A stretch of DNA of 64,000 nt, taken from positions 3,264,001 to 3,328,000 of the forward strand of contig OZ220089.1 of the NCBI GenBank assembly GCA_964291625.2, given 5' to 3'. The translations under genes and the position numbers were made by a program. Every line of letters begins with the position of its first letter. Within the stretch, counting starts at the first letter, position 1. Under the pieces are notes generated by a model. It worked only from the letters and a program-made list of their open reading frames with translations. It had not been told where the DNA came from and ran no database searches. The DNA is from Candidatus Latescibacterota bacterium (GTDB lineage: Bacteria; Latescibacterota; UBA2968; UBA8231). Shown one piece after another: positions 1-9,821 of the stretch.

Positions 1-366
1 AAGCCGTTGAGCGAGTTGGCCCCGGTCCAGGCCGGCTCGCTCCCGTGCCCATCTCAGGACCGTAGGCTGAAGCGTTACTCTTGCGCGTCGACCCGTCATC
101 ACTCACCGTCGTGCAACGTCCATTTGTATTCTGGGAGGCCGGCCGCCTTGAGGCTGACCACCCTCACTACACTTGGGGAAACGCAGTACCTGGGAACATA
201 GATGCTCAAACGTGCAGGGACAAGCCTGTTGCCCCTGCGCTCTACCGGGGCCCTGTGGCTTCGAGCGTTCGGGAGGGCTGAAGCCTGGGGCGGTCCACGG
301 GTACATCACTTGGCGACTGTGGACTCCATCTAGATGGCTGAGGGGCAGGAACCACTCGGAAAGATA

Positions 367-441
367 TGGTGCTCCCACGGGGAGTCGAACCCCGGTTGCC
401 AGATTGAAAATCTGGAGTCCTGACCGTTAGACGATGGGAGC
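367..441 (-). tRNA. tRNA-Glu(TTC)
   Basis: Reverse complement GCTCCCATCG...CCAGA-TT-TTC-AA-TCTGG...GGTTCGACTCC...GGGAGCACCA forms a cloverleaf with encoded CCA. Confidence 0.95.
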
Positions 442-515
442 GACGCGGTGACGCGGGTACTGCGGAGGCGCTCGAAACTACGGGCGCCCCCAAACCTTAG
501 CAAGACGGCTTCGCT

Positions 516-1943
516 TCAGTCGAAACCGCTCAGGTCGGGGTGGCGGCCGTTCCAGCCGGCGGCCGACTCGTAGGCCCGGGCCAGGCGCAGGAGCCCGGCC
601 TCCTCGAAGGGCCGGCCGATCAGCATCAGGCCCACGGGCAGCCCGCCGCGGGTGAAGCCGCAGGGCAGGGAGATCGAGCACAGGCCGAGTTGGTTGGCCG
701 CGGCGGTGTTGCGCAGGCAGAGGGCGTTGACGCGGCGGTAGGTCTCGCCCCAGTCGTCGCACTCCTGCAGGGGCAGCGCCGGGAAGGGGGTGGCCGGCGC
801 CAGCAGGGCGTCGACGTTGCGCAGGGCCTCGGCGGTGCGGCGGCGCAGCGCATCCCAGGCGCGGCTGATCTCCACGTACTCGTGGGCGCTGACGTCGCGG
901 CCGTCGAGCATGCGCTCGTAGACGATGGGATCGAAGTCGTCGGGGCGCCCCTCGAGCCACTCGCGGTAAGTGGCGTAGGTCTGCACGGCGATCAGGCTCT
1001 TGCTTGCCCGCAGCTCGGTGAGCCGGTCCAGCTCCTCCATGGAGATCTCGTCCACGTGGACGCCGAGGTCGGCGAAGACCTGGGCCGAGGCCCGCACCGC
1101 GCCCTCGACCTCGGGATCGACGTCCTCCCAGAAGTACTCCCTCGGAATGCACAGGCGGGTGCCGCCGGCCTCGCCCTCGAAGTCGTCGTCGGTGAGGTCG
1201 GGCTGGGCCAGGGTGTCGGGATCGGCGGGATCGGGGCCGGCGAGGAGGCTGTAGAGGAGGCCCACGTCGGCGACGCAGCGGGCCATGGGGCCCACCGAGT
1301 CGAGACGGGGGTCCAGGGGCAGCACGCCGGCGCTGCTGACGCGGCCGAAGGTCGGCTTGAGGCCGACGATCCCGCAGAAGGAGGCGGGGATGCGCACCGA
1401 GCCGCCCGTGTCGCTGCCGATGGCGGCGGCGGCCAGCCCCGCGGCGGCGGCCACGGCCGAGCCGCTGCTGGAGCCGCCGGGCAGGCGCTGCACCTCGGCG
1501 TCCCAGGGGTTCCAGGGGGTGCCGTAGTGGTGGTTGATGCCGGCCCCGCCGAAGGCGAACTCCACGGTGTGGGTCTTGCCGAGGAGGACGGCGCCGGCCT
1601 CGAAGAGCCGCCGCGCCACGGAGGCGTCGCGGGCGGCCACGTTGTCCCGCAGGATGGTGGAGCCGGCGGCCGTGGGCAGCCCGGCCACGTCGATCAGGTC
1701 CTTGAGGGCCAGCGGCAGGCCGTGCAGGGGGCCGCGGCTCACGCCGGCGTCGGTCCACTCGTCGGCGGCGCGGGCCATGGCCAGGGCGCGCTCGGCGGTG
1801 ACCAGGGCGTAGGCGTTGAGGGTCCCGTCGTAGCGCTCGATGCGGTCGAGGTAGAGCTCGGTCAGCTCCACGGAGCGCAGCTCGCCGTGGGCGATGAGGG
1901 AGGCCTGCTCGTGGAGCGGCGCGAAGGGAAGCCGGTCATCCAT
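516..1943 (-). CDS. Amidase signature family protein (GatA-like amidase)
   Basis: LALKD, GGSSSGS and GSDTGGSVRIPA (Ser-cisSer-Lys triad); start re-called at MDDRLPF. Confidence 0.9.
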   Translation of the reverse strand: MDDRLPFAPLHEQASLIAHGELRSVELTELYLDRIERYDGTLNAYALVTAERALAMARAADEWTDAGVSRGPLHGLPLALKDLIDVAGLPTAAGSTILRDNVAARDASVARRLFEAGAVLLGKTHTVEFAFGGAGINHHYGTPWNPWDAEVQRLPGGSSSGSAVAAAAGLAAAAIGSDTGGSVRIPASFCGIVGLKPTFGRVSSAGVLPLDPRLDSVGPMARCVADVGLLYSLLAGPDPADPDTLAQPDLTDDDFEGEAGGTRLCIPREYFWEDVDPEVEGAVRASAQVFADLGVHVDEISMEELDRLTELRASKSLIAVQTYATYREWLEGRPDDFDPIVYERMLDGRDVSAHEYVEISRAWDALRRRTAEALRNVDALLAPATPFPALPLQECDDWGETYRRVNALCLRNTAAANQLGLCSISLPCGFTRGGLPVGLMLIGRPFEEAGLLRLARAYESAAGWNGRHPDLSGFD

Positions 1944-1948
1944 GGAAT

Positions 1949-2785
1949 TCAGCCCGCGTCGAAGGAGCCGAGGCCGCGCAGGTAGGCGGCGCTGCGGCGG
2001 GCGGCCTCCCCGGCGCCGCCGAGGGCGGCCGAGGCCTGGTGGACGGTGACCCAGCCGTCGTAGCCGAGGGCCGCGAGCTGCCGGAAGATCAGGGGGAAGT
2101 CGATGCCGCCCCCCTCCCACAGGGGGATCTGGTCGAAGGGGACGGGGCCGCGGCACCAGGTCTCGATGCGGTCGGCGCCGCCGTCGTGAAGGCGGTGGTT
2201 CTGCACGTAGACGTTGAAGATCCAGGGCGCCAGGGCCTGGAGCGTCGCCGCGCCGTAGTCCTGGCCGCACAGCTCTAGGTTCGCCGGCTCGTAGGTGACG
2301 CCGAAGTTGGCCCGGTCCACGGCGCGCAGCACCCGCACCGACTCGTCGACGGTCTCGAAGAGGGAGCGAGTGTGGCACTGGTGGGCGAGCCGCAGGCCGC
2401 GCTCGCGGGCCTCGTCAGCGGCGCGGCGGGCCCACTCGACGTCGTCCTCGGTCTTCATGCAGACCCGCAGCAGGTCGCAGTCGAGGCCGTCGGCCAGGTC
2501 CAGGTAGGGGGTGATGTTGCGCAGGGAGTCGGGGCCCTCGTCGGAGTTCTCGGGGATGGGGAAGTCGCCGGTGACCATGGAGACGCCGAGACCGCGGGCG
2601 GCCAGCAGCTCCCGCGCCGCCTCCACCTCCTCCCGGGAGGAGTCGACCCCGACCTGGGAGGCGCGCATGCAGATCGCCTGGTAGCCCTCGCCGGCGGCGA
2701 GGTCGGCCAGCTCCGCCAGGGGCATGGCGGCCTGGCGCTTGTCGGAGAAGCTCTCCGCCACCCGCGTCGACAGGGACAGCTTCAC
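1949..2785 (-). CDS. Sugar phosphate isomerase/epimerase (AP endonuclease-2 TIM barrel)
   Basis: Typical IolE/xylose-isomerase-like pattern (NFGVTYEPANL, GGIDF, GYDGWVTVH); GTG start overlaps the upstream TGA. Confidence 0.8.
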   Translation of the reverse strand: MKLSLSTRVAESFSDKRQAAMPLAELADLAAGEGYQAICMRASQVGVDSSREEVEAARELLAARGLGVSMVTGDFPIPENSDEGPDSLRNITPYLDLADGLDCDLLRVCMKTEDDVEWARRAADEARERGLRLAHQCHTRSLFETVDESVRVLRAVDRANFGVTYEPANLELCGQDYGAATLQALAPWIFNVYVQNHRLHDGGADRIETWCRGPVPFDQIPLWEGGGIDFPLIFRQLAALGYDGWVTVHQASAALGGAGEAARRSAAYLRGLGSFDAG

Positions 2786-3786
2786 GACAGCGGCCCCCGG
2801 TGGCCGGCGCGGATCGCCTCGCACAGCTGCATGGTGCGCACCGCGTCCTCCAGCGTGGACCAGGGCTGGCGGTCCTCAAGGATGCAGTCGGTGAAGTGCC
2901 TCACCTCGTCGAAGTCGGGACCGCCCACCGGCTCCAGGTCCAGCTCCTCCTCGACCGGCTCTCCCCGGGTCATGCCCTCGCCGGCGTCGGCGGCGGTGTA
3001 GAGCTCCACCTGCCGGCCCCGGGTCAGCTCCAGGTAGGCGGACAGGTCGTCGGCGTGGACCTCGGCGCGCTGGATGCGGAAGCCGACGCCGTAGTGGCTC
3101 ATGAGGACGCCGATGGCGCCGGTGTCGAAGCGGACCACGGCGTTGTGGCGGTGGTCGGTGGTGCGCCCGCCGTCGGCGACCTCCCCCTGGACGGCGATCG
3201 GCCGGGCCGCCGTCATCCCCTCGCCGGCGAGCCAGCGGATCAGGTCGACGTGGTGGATGGCGTCGCAGATCAGCGGGTCCGGGCTGCCCGGCACGTCCGG
3301 GGTGCCGATGCGGATCAGGGGCTTGTTGTAGGTGGCGGCCACGTGCACGGCGCCTCCCCGCTCCTGCACCATCCGCCGCACGGCCAGCACCTCGGGGTAG
3401 TAGCGCCGATTGAGGGAGACGATGGCCCGGCCCTTCGAGGCGGCCTCGGCCTCGGCCATCTGGCGCGTCTCCTCCGAGGTCATGCCGGGCGACTTCTCCA
3501 CCGACACGTGCAGCCCCCGGTCGAGCACCTCCACCACGATCGGCAGGAGATGGCCGGGCATGGTGACCACGTGGACCACGTCCAGCTCGACCTCGTCCAG
3601 GAGCCGGCGGTAGTCCTGGAAGCCGGGCACCGGCCCGTGCTCCTCCACCGCCCGGGCGAGCCTCTCCGGGTCGAGGTCGCAGACCCCGGCCAGCCGCAGG
3701 CGCGGCTCCTCGGCGATCATGCGGAAGTGGCCCTGGGCGTGGCCGCCGCAACCGATGACGGCGGCGTTCAGGCAAGGTGTGGACAT
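2782..3786 (-). CDS. Gfo/Idh/MocA family oxidoreductase
   Basis: VIGCGGHA Rossmann motif, HVSVEKS, NRRY, DAIHHVD. Confidence 0.9.
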   Translation of the reverse strand: MSTPCLNAAVIGCGGHAQGHFRMIAEEPRLRLAGVCDLDPERLARAVEEHGPVPGFQDYRRLLDEVELDVVHVVTMPGHLLPIVVEVLDRGLHVSVEKSPGMTSEETRQMAEAEAASKGRAIVSLNRRYYPEVLAVRRMVQERGGAVHVAATYNKPLIRIGTPDVPGSPDPLICDAIHHVDLIRWLAGEGMTAARPIAVQGEVADGGRTTDHRHNAVVRFDTGAIGVLMSHYGVGFRIQRAEVHADDLSAYLELTRGRQVELYTAADAGEGMTRGEPVEEELDLEPVGGPDFDEVRHFTDCILEDRQPWSTLEDAVRTMQLCEAIRAGHRGPLS

Positions 3787-3828
3787 GAGATCTCCTCTAC
3801 GGCGGTCAGCCGAGGTGCCGGCACGGGA

Positions 3829-4074
3829 TCATCGCCACGGCTCCGCATCGATCTGGTCAGAACGGCGGAGCTGGCGATCGAACTCGTCGGCTTCCTCCTG
3901 GCTCCAGGTGCCGGCCAGGGCGGACAGGTCCCTCTTCTTGCGGGACGGGTTCAGGCCCACGGCTTCCCGAAGCAGCCGGACCATGGTCCGGTTCAGACTC
4001 TCGCCCGACCTCCGCGCCCGCTCTCGAAGCGCGCGCTCCAGGTCCTCCGGAATGCCCCGGATCGTGGTCTGCAA
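3829..4074 (-). CDS. FitA/VapB-like ribbon-helix-helix antitoxin (no adjacent toxin)
   Basis: TIRGIPEDLERALRERARRSGESLN RHH pattern plus an acidic DLSALAGTW..EEADEFD tail. Confidence 0.75.
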   Translation of the reverse strand: MQTTIRGIPEDLERALRERARRSGESLNRTMVRLLREAVGLNPSRKKRDLSALAGTWSQEEADEFDRQLRRSDQIDAEPWR

Positions 4075-4145
4075 GGGGTTTCTCCCGTGCCGGTCTCAGT
4101 GGATGCCACAGTCTATGAAATCTCCTTGATGCAATCGCATTCCGC

Positions 4146-5960
4146 TCACCCCATCCTGGTGAACCCACCGTAGCCTTGGCGGTCCTCCTCGCCCTCCACG
4201 TCGCCGGCGGGGAAGTACTCGGGCCAGCGCCGCGTGACCCGCGCCAGGGTCTCCCCGTCGGCGAACAGCTCCTCCGGGAAGCCGGGCTTGAGGCGGCAGT
4301 CGAAGACGACCGGCGGTGTGAGGACCTCGTGATGGCGGTGGATCCGCGAGCCGGCGGCGTGCACGTCGGCGGCCGGCTCGAAGCGGGTGAAGGCGCTCCA
4401 CAGGAAGGCGACGTTGCGCTCGACCACGGCCGTGTCCTCGACCAGGAACAGCAGCGGCCACGAGGCAACGCGCGGATCCTGCGCCAGGCGTTGCGGGTAG
4501 TCCCGGTCCTCGGCGTAGGAGGGGCCGGCCACGGCGAGGGCGCCGGGACAGTAGACAGCCGCCTGGCGGGCGCCGGCGGGCAGCTCGCCGCTGAACTCGC
4601 CCGGCAGCTCCCGCACCGGATCGCCGATGCCGAGGAGGATCCCCTTGCTGCCCTCGTTCACGGCGGGCCCCGAGTAGTCGAGGGTGTCCATGGCGAGGTT
4701 GGCGATGACGAAGAGGTCGGTCTCGAAGCGGCAGCGGGCGAGCACGTGGGCCAGGACCTGCCGGAAGTCGGCCTGGTCGACGCCCGGGCCGTCGTAGACG
4801 ACGAGGAACTTGGTCAGCGCCAGCTGGCCGCCGTCCTCGCCGAGGATGCGGAAGGCGAACTTCATCGCCTCGCGCTTGTAGCGCTCCTCCACGACGATCG
4901 AGGTCAGGCAGTGGTAGCCGGTCTCGCCGTAGCTCCAGACGGAGTGGATCGAGGGCATGACGAGACGGGTCAGCGGCGCCATCAGCTCCTGGATGTAGTT
5001 GCCGAGCCACAGGTCTTCCTGGGGCGGCTTGCCCACCACGGTGGCGGGGAAGACGGCGTCCCGGCGGTGGAAGAGGCGCTCCACCTGCAGGACGGGGTAG
5101 TCGTGGCGCAGCGAGTAGTAGCCGAAGTGGTCGCCGAAGGGTCCCTCCGGCCGCCGCTCGTGAGGCGGGACGTGCCCCTGGACGGCGAACTCGGCCTCGG
5201 CCAGGAGCGGGTGCGGGTGACCGTCGACGTGCGTGCGGCGAACCTTGCCGCCCTGCAGCAGCGAGGCCAGCACCAGCTCGGGCACGTTCTCGGGGAGCGG
5301 ACCGATCGCCGCCAGGATCAGCGCCGGAGGGCCGCCCACCAGCAGGGTGAGGGGCAGGGGCCGGCCCTCCCGTTCGGCGGCGTGGTAGTGGAAGCCGCCC
5401 CCCTTCTGGATCTGCCAGTGCACGCCGAGGGTGCGCTCGTCGTACCGCTGCATGCGGTACATGCCGAGGTTGTGGTGGCCGGTCCCGGGGTGCTCGGTGT
5501 AGACCAGGGGGAGGGTGACGAAGTGGCCGCTGTCCTCGGGCCAGGTCTTGAGCAGGGGCAGCCGCGCGAGGTCCGGCCTCGCCTGGCGGCGCTCGGCGAC
5601 GGGGGCGGAGCGCACCGACTTCAGGCCCACCCGCAGGGCCTCGCGGGCCAGACCGCGGCGGGACCACAGCTTCCCCGGCGACAGGTCGGGCAGGTCCTGC
5701 GCCAGGCTGACCAGCTCGCGCAGGAACCGCCCCGGCCGGGGCCCGAAGGCGAGCTCCACCCGCCGCGGCGTGCCGAAGAGGTTGGTGACGCAGGGGAAGT
5801 CGGCGCCCTCGACGTTGCGGAACATCAGCGCCGGGCCCCCGGCGGCGATGACCCGGCGGTGGATCTCGGCGATCTCGAGGTCGGAGGAGACCGGCGCCTC
5901 CACGTCGACAATCTCCTTCTCGCGCCGCAGCAGGTCCAGGAACTGCCCGAGGTTGGTCAT
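4146..5960 (-). CDS. UbiD family prFMN-dependent decarboxylase (long, menaquinone-type form)
   Basis: GGPALMF, TNLFGT, NLGMYRMQ, EGPFGDHFGYY, TVVGKPPQED, DTLDYS. Confidence 0.92.
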   Translation of the reverse strand: MTNLGQFLDLLRREKEIVDVEAPVSSDLEIAEIHRRVIAAGGPALMFRNVEGADFPCVTNLFGTPRRVELAFGPRPGRFLRELVSLAQDLPDLSPGKLWSRRGLAREALRVGLKSVRSAPVAERRQARPDLARLPLLKTWPEDSGHFVTLPLVYTEHPGTGHHNLGMYRMQRYDERTLGVHWQIQKGGGFHYHAAEREGRPLPLTLLVGGPPALILAAIGPLPENVPELVLASLLQGGKVRRTHVDGHPHPLLAEAEFAVQGHVPPHERRPEGPFGDHFGYYSLRHDYPVLQVERLFHRRDAVFPATVVGKPPQEDLWLGNYIQELMAPLTRLVMPSIHSVWSYGETGYHCLTSIVVEERYKREAMKFAFRILGEDGGQLALTKFLVVYDGPGVDQADFRQVLAHVLARCRFETDLFVIANLAMDTLDYSGPAVNEGSKGILLGIGDPVRELPGEFSGELPAGARQAAVYCPGALAVAGPSYAEDRDYPQRLAQDPRVASWPLLFLVEDTAVVERNVAFLWSAFTRFEPAADVHAAGSRIHRHHEVLTPPVVFDCRLKPGFPEELFADGETLARVTRRWPEYFPAGDVEGEEDRQGYGGFTRMG

Positions 5961-6017
5961 GGGGCCGGAAGGTAACGGCGGCTGCGGAGGGGCGGCAATG
6001 CGGCCGCCGTCGGTGCT

Positions 6018-6046
6018 TTGCCGTTGTGAGAGGGGCCGGCTAGATT
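6018..6046 (+). promoter_or_regulatory. Putative sigma70 promoter
   Basis: TTGCCG-17 nt-TAGATT upstream of the ATPase gene. Confidence 0.45.
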
Positions 6047-6070
6047 CGGCGAGGACTGGGGAGCGGTGAC

Positions 6071-7558
6071 ATGCTGACGAGACTCAAGGTTTCGGGGTTC
6101 AAGAACCTGGTGGACCTGGACGTTCGCTTCGGGCCCTTCACCTGCGTGGCCGGGCCCAACGGGGTGGGCAAGTCCAATCTCTTCGACGCGATCCGGTTTC
6201 TGAGCAACCTGACGACGATGACCCTGGCGGAAGCCGCGCTCTCGGTACGCGACGAGGACGCGAGGTCGACGGACGTACGCAGCCTCTTCCATCGGACAGG
6301 CGAGAGCTACGCCGAGGCGATGTCCCTGGAGGCGGAGATGCTGTTGCCCATGGAGGACTGGGATGACTTGGGTCAGAAGGCCGAGGCGACCATGACCTTC
6401 GTGCGCTATCGGCTGGTGCTGGGACTGAGAGAGGACGCCGATCGAGCCGGCGGCCCGGGGCTGGAGATCCGGCATGAGGAGCTGACGCACATCCGCAAGG
6501 GGTCCGCTCCCGGGAACCTGCCCTTCGCCCACGGCAAGTCGAAGTGGAGGGACAGCGTGCTGCACGGCCGGCGGCAACCACCCTTCATCTCCACGGAGAG
6601 TCGCGGAGGACAGCGGGTTATCCGCCTGCACCAGGACGGCGGCAGCCGGGGCAGGCAGGTTCCTTTCCCGGCGGAGACCCTGCCGAGAACGGTGCTGTCG
6701 TCGACCACGGCCGAGAGTCCCACGGCCCTTGTCGCTCGCCGGGAGATGGAGTCCTGGCGGCTGCTGCAGCTCGAGCCCTCGGCCATGAGGAAACCCGATT
6801 CCTTCAACGATCCCGACGAACTGGGGGCCGACGGCTCCCACCTCGCCGCCACACTCTACCGGCTCGGCCGTGGTGAGAGGCAGGAACGTGGCAACGGCCG
6901 GGAGGATGCGGAATCCAGGGTCCACGCGCAGATCGCCAACCGGCTGTCGGAGCTGGTCGAGGACGTCGCCGAGTTGCGCGTCGAGCAGGACGAGCGACGG
7001 GAGCTGCTGACGGTCAACGTGCGCATGCGGGACGGGACCGAGCATCCGGCCCGGGCCCTGTCGGACGGGACCCTTCGGTTCCTGGCGCTGTCGGTGCTGG
7101 AGCTGGACCCGCAATGCCGGGGAGTGCTCTGCCTGGAGGAGCCGGAGAACGGGATCCACCCCGAGCGCATTCCGGCGATGCTGTCCCTGCTTCAGGACAT
7201 TGCCACGGACACGCAGGAGCCGGTGGGTGACGACAACCCGCTGCGGCAGGTGATCGTCAACACCCATTCGCCGGCCGTGGTGTCCCAGGTCCCCGAAGAC
7301 AGTTTGCTCGTGGCCGAGTCGAAGGAAATGGTCAAGGGCGAAGAGCGTTTCGACCGGCTTTCCTGCTCCTGTCTCCGCGGCACCTGGAGAGCCGCTGAAA
7401 ACGGTGGGGAGGAGGTCTCGCTCGGAAAGCTGCTGTCCTACCTGAATCCGGTGCTCTCGAAGGCAGCCCAAGCAGGGGACGGGCTGGGGGGATCGACCAG
7501 GGTGATCGACCGCTCCGACGTGCAGATGCTGATGCCCTTCGATGGGCACGAGGGTTGA
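6071..7558 (+). CDS. ABC-type ATPase (AAA_21/AAA_15, AbiEii/OLD-like)
   Basis: Walker A GPNGVGKS, signature LSDGT, Walker B LCLEEPENGIHP, H-loop NTHSP. Confidence 0.88.
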   Translation: MLTRLKVSGFKNLVDLDVRFGPFTCVAGPNGVGKSNLFDAIRFLSNLTTMTLAEAALSVRDEDARSTDVRSLFHRTGESYAEAMSLEAEMLLPMEDWDDLGQKAEATMTFVRYRLVLGLREDADRAGGPGLEIRHEELTHIRKGSAPGNLPFAHGKSKWRDSVLHGRRQPPFISTESRGGQRVIRLHQDGGSRGRQVPFPAETLPRTVLSSTTAESPTALVARREMESWRLLQLEPSAMRKPDSFNDPDELGADGSHLAATLYRLGRGERQERGNGREDAESRVHAQIANRLSELVEDVAELRVEQDERRELLTVNVRMRDGTEHPARALSDGTLRFLALSVLELDPQCRGVLCLEEPENGIHPERIPAMLSLLQDIATDTQEPVGDDNPLRQVIVNTHSPAVVSQVPEDSLLVAESKEMVKGEERFDRLSCSCLRGTWRAAENGGEEVSLGKLLSYLNPVLSKAAQAGDGLGGSTRVIDRSDVQMLMPFDGHEG

Positions 7559-8193
7559 AGGAACTCCGCTGTACGCTACTGACCGATGGTCCCAGTGACC
7601 GGGCGCTGATCCCGATACTGGAATGGCTGCTGCGACAGCAAATCGCCTTGGGGGTCGAGATCACCTGGGCGGACCTCCGACGCTTGAGTCCCCCTCCCAG
7701 GCACTTGGCCGCCCGAGTGGCCCAGGCCACCGAATTGTATCCATGCGATCTGCTCTTGGTGCATCGCGATGCGGAGGCCGAGCCGAGGGAGCGACGCCTG
7801 GCGGAGATCGAGGAGGCCGTGTCCGCGGTTGAAGCTTGGGATCGTGACCGCACGGTGGCTGTGGTGCCGGAGCGCATGACGGAGGCGTGGCTGCTGATCG
7901 ACGAGGCCGCGCTGCGCAGCGCGGCGGGGGATCCGCGAGGGACGGTTCCTCTTGCCATGCCCGCGGTGCAGCAGTTGGAGAGGCTTCCCGACCCCAAGAG
8001 GACTCTGCATGATCTCATCAGTACCGCCAGCGGCCTCCCGGGGCGCCGCCTGCGCAGATTCAGGATGGATCAGGCCGTCCATCGCCTGGCCCAAGGGATT
8101 GAGGACTACTCCCCGCTGCGACAACTGGCCGCCTTCAGGGCCCTGGAGGAAGAGGTCGGACGGATCACCAAAGCGAAAGGTTGGCACCGATGA
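7555..8193 (+). CDS. DUF4276-like (TOPRIM-like) partner of the ATPase
   Basis: TDGPSD, LLVHRDAE, PERMTEAWLL and DPKRTL motifs; TTGA overlap with the ATPase stop. Confidence 0.7.
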   Translation: MKELRCTLLTDGPSDRALIPILEWLLRQQIALGVEITWADLRRLSPPPRHLAARVAQATELYPCDLLLVHRDAEAEPRERRLAEIEEAVSAVEAWDRDRTVAVVPERMTEAWLLIDEAALRSAAGDPRGTVPLAMPAVQQLERLPDPKRTLHDLISTASGLPGRRLRRFRMDQAVHRLAQGIEDYSPLRQLAAFRALEEEVGRITKAKGWHR

Positions 8194-9821
8194 TGAACCG
8201 CTCCGACGCCGGTCAACTCCAGTACTTCCGCTCCCCGGTGGACGGCCGCCTCCACCCGTACGCCGTCTGCGCCACCGATACGGGTCCGGAGCCGAAGCCG
8301 CTGCTCATCGAGGTCAGCCCCGGCGCCATGAGCGACCTGCCCGGGGCCGTGGCCCTCACCGAGGAGATGGCGGCCATCGCCGCGGCGGCGGGCCGGTCCT
8401 GCGTGGTCCTGCGGCCCACGGGGCGCGGACCCGGCTCGGTCTACCAGAACTACGGCGAGGTCGACGTCCTCGAGGCGATCGAGCATGTCGCCGCCCACCA
8501 CGCGATCGACCGGGACCGCATCAGCATCACCGGCGCCTCCATGGGCGGCGCCGCCGTCTGGTACCTGGTCTCCCACTACCCCGACCTCTTCGCCGCGGCG
8601 GCGCCCTTCTGCGGGTACTGCGACTACCGGCTGTGGGAGAAGCCCGGCGGCCTCAGCTTCCACATGCACCCATGGGAGGAAGCCTCATGGCAGTCCCGCT
8701 CGGCCGCCTTCCTGGTGGACAACCTGCGGCACACGCCGCTGTGGATCGTCCACGGGGAGTGGGACCGCGCCGTGGGGGGCGGCGTGCCGGTGGCGCACTC
8801 GCGCCAGATGGCGGAGCTGCTGGCCGAGAGGGGGTTCCCCCACACCTACACCGAGGTCCCCGCCACCGGCCACGACTGCCGCACGCCGGAGATCTGGAAG
8901 CGGGTGATCCCCTGGCTGCTGGACCAGCGCCGGCCCGGCAGCCCGGAGCATGTATCCCTGGTCGCCCACACCCTGCGCCACAACCGCTGCCACTGGGTGG
9001 AGATCGATCAGTTCGCCAGTTGTGACTCACCCGGCGAGGTGGACGCCCACCGGTCCGGAGATCACCTGACGGTGAGCACGGAGGGGGTCCGCGCTCTGTC
9101 TCTGGGTCCCCTGGAGGCGGGAGCCGCCCCGGAGGTGGTCCTCGACGGCCAGGACCTCGGCCGCCTCGACGCGGGCCTCCGCCAGTCCTTCCGCCTCCGA
9201 CCGGACGGCGCCTGGGAGAGGGGCGCCGGCCCCCTGGAGAGCCAGAAGCGGCACGGGTGCTCCGGCCCCATGGGGGACCTGTTCTTCGACGGCCTGCTGC
9301 TGGTGCCCGGGACCGCCGGCTCGGAGGAGGGGGGCTTCTTCAACGAGTGGGTGGCCGGCCACGCCGCCGCGTACTTCCGCAGCCGCAACGGCGGCGTCCA
9401 CCGCGGCGGCATCATGGGCGAGAACACGGTCGATCTTCCCATCGTCCGGGACGCGGACCTGAGCGACGAGGACCGCGACGGCCACAACCTGCTGCTCTAC
9501 GGGACCCCCGCAAGCAACTCGGTGATGGCCGAGTTCGCCGAGCACCTGCCCGTGGCCTTCGAGGACGGCGCCGTCCGCCTGGGGGGCCGCCTCTACAGGG
9601 GCGATGGCGCGGCCGTCTTCGCCCTCTTCCCCCACCCCCGCCACCCGCGGCGCTACGTCGCCGTCCACGGCGGCGCCACGCCCGACGCCGTCTGCTGGGG
9701 CAGCCACCTGGACATGCAGCTGCTGCCCGACTACCTCGTCTACGCCGGGGGCGAGGTCCTGGACTGGGGCTTCTGGGACAACGACTGGAGCTCGATTCAG
9801 CCGGTGATGAAGTCGAGGTAG
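8190..9821 (+). CDS. Alpha/beta-hydrolase (S9/esterase-like) with C-terminal extension
   Basis: GASMGG nucleophile elbow, IVHGEWD, TGH; ATGA overlap with the upstream gene. Confidence 0.8.
   Translation: MMNRSDAGQLQYFRSPVDGRLHPYAVCATDTGPEPKPLLIEVSPGAMSDLPGAVALTEEMAAIAAAAGRSCVVLRPTGRGPGSVYQNYGEVDVLEAIEHVAAHHAIDRDRISITGASMGGAAVWYLVSHYPDLFAAAAPFCGYCDYRLWEKPGGLSFHMHPWEEASWQSRSAAFLVDNLRHTPLWIVHGEWDRAVGGGVPVAHSRQMAELLAERGFPHTYTEVPATGHDCRTPEIWKRVIPWLLDQRRPGSPEHVSLVAHTLRHNRCHWVEIDQFASCDSPGEVDAHRSGDHLTVSTEGVRALSLGPLEAGAAPEVVLDGQDLGRLDAGLRQSFRLRPDGAWERGAGPLESQKRHGCSGPMGDLFFDGLLLVPGTAGSEEGGFFNEWVAGHAAAYFRSRNGGVHRGGIMGENTVDLPIVRDADLSDEDRDGHNLLLYGTPASNSVMAEFAEHLPVAFEDGAVRLGGRLYRGDGAAVFALFPHPRHPRRYVAVHGGATPDAVCWGSHLDMQLLPDYLVYAGGEVLDWGFWDNDWSSIQPVMKSR

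Noticed and set aside
516-1943. gatA call
   Set aside because: No gatB or gatC nearby and the context is catabolic, so a generic amidase is more defensible.
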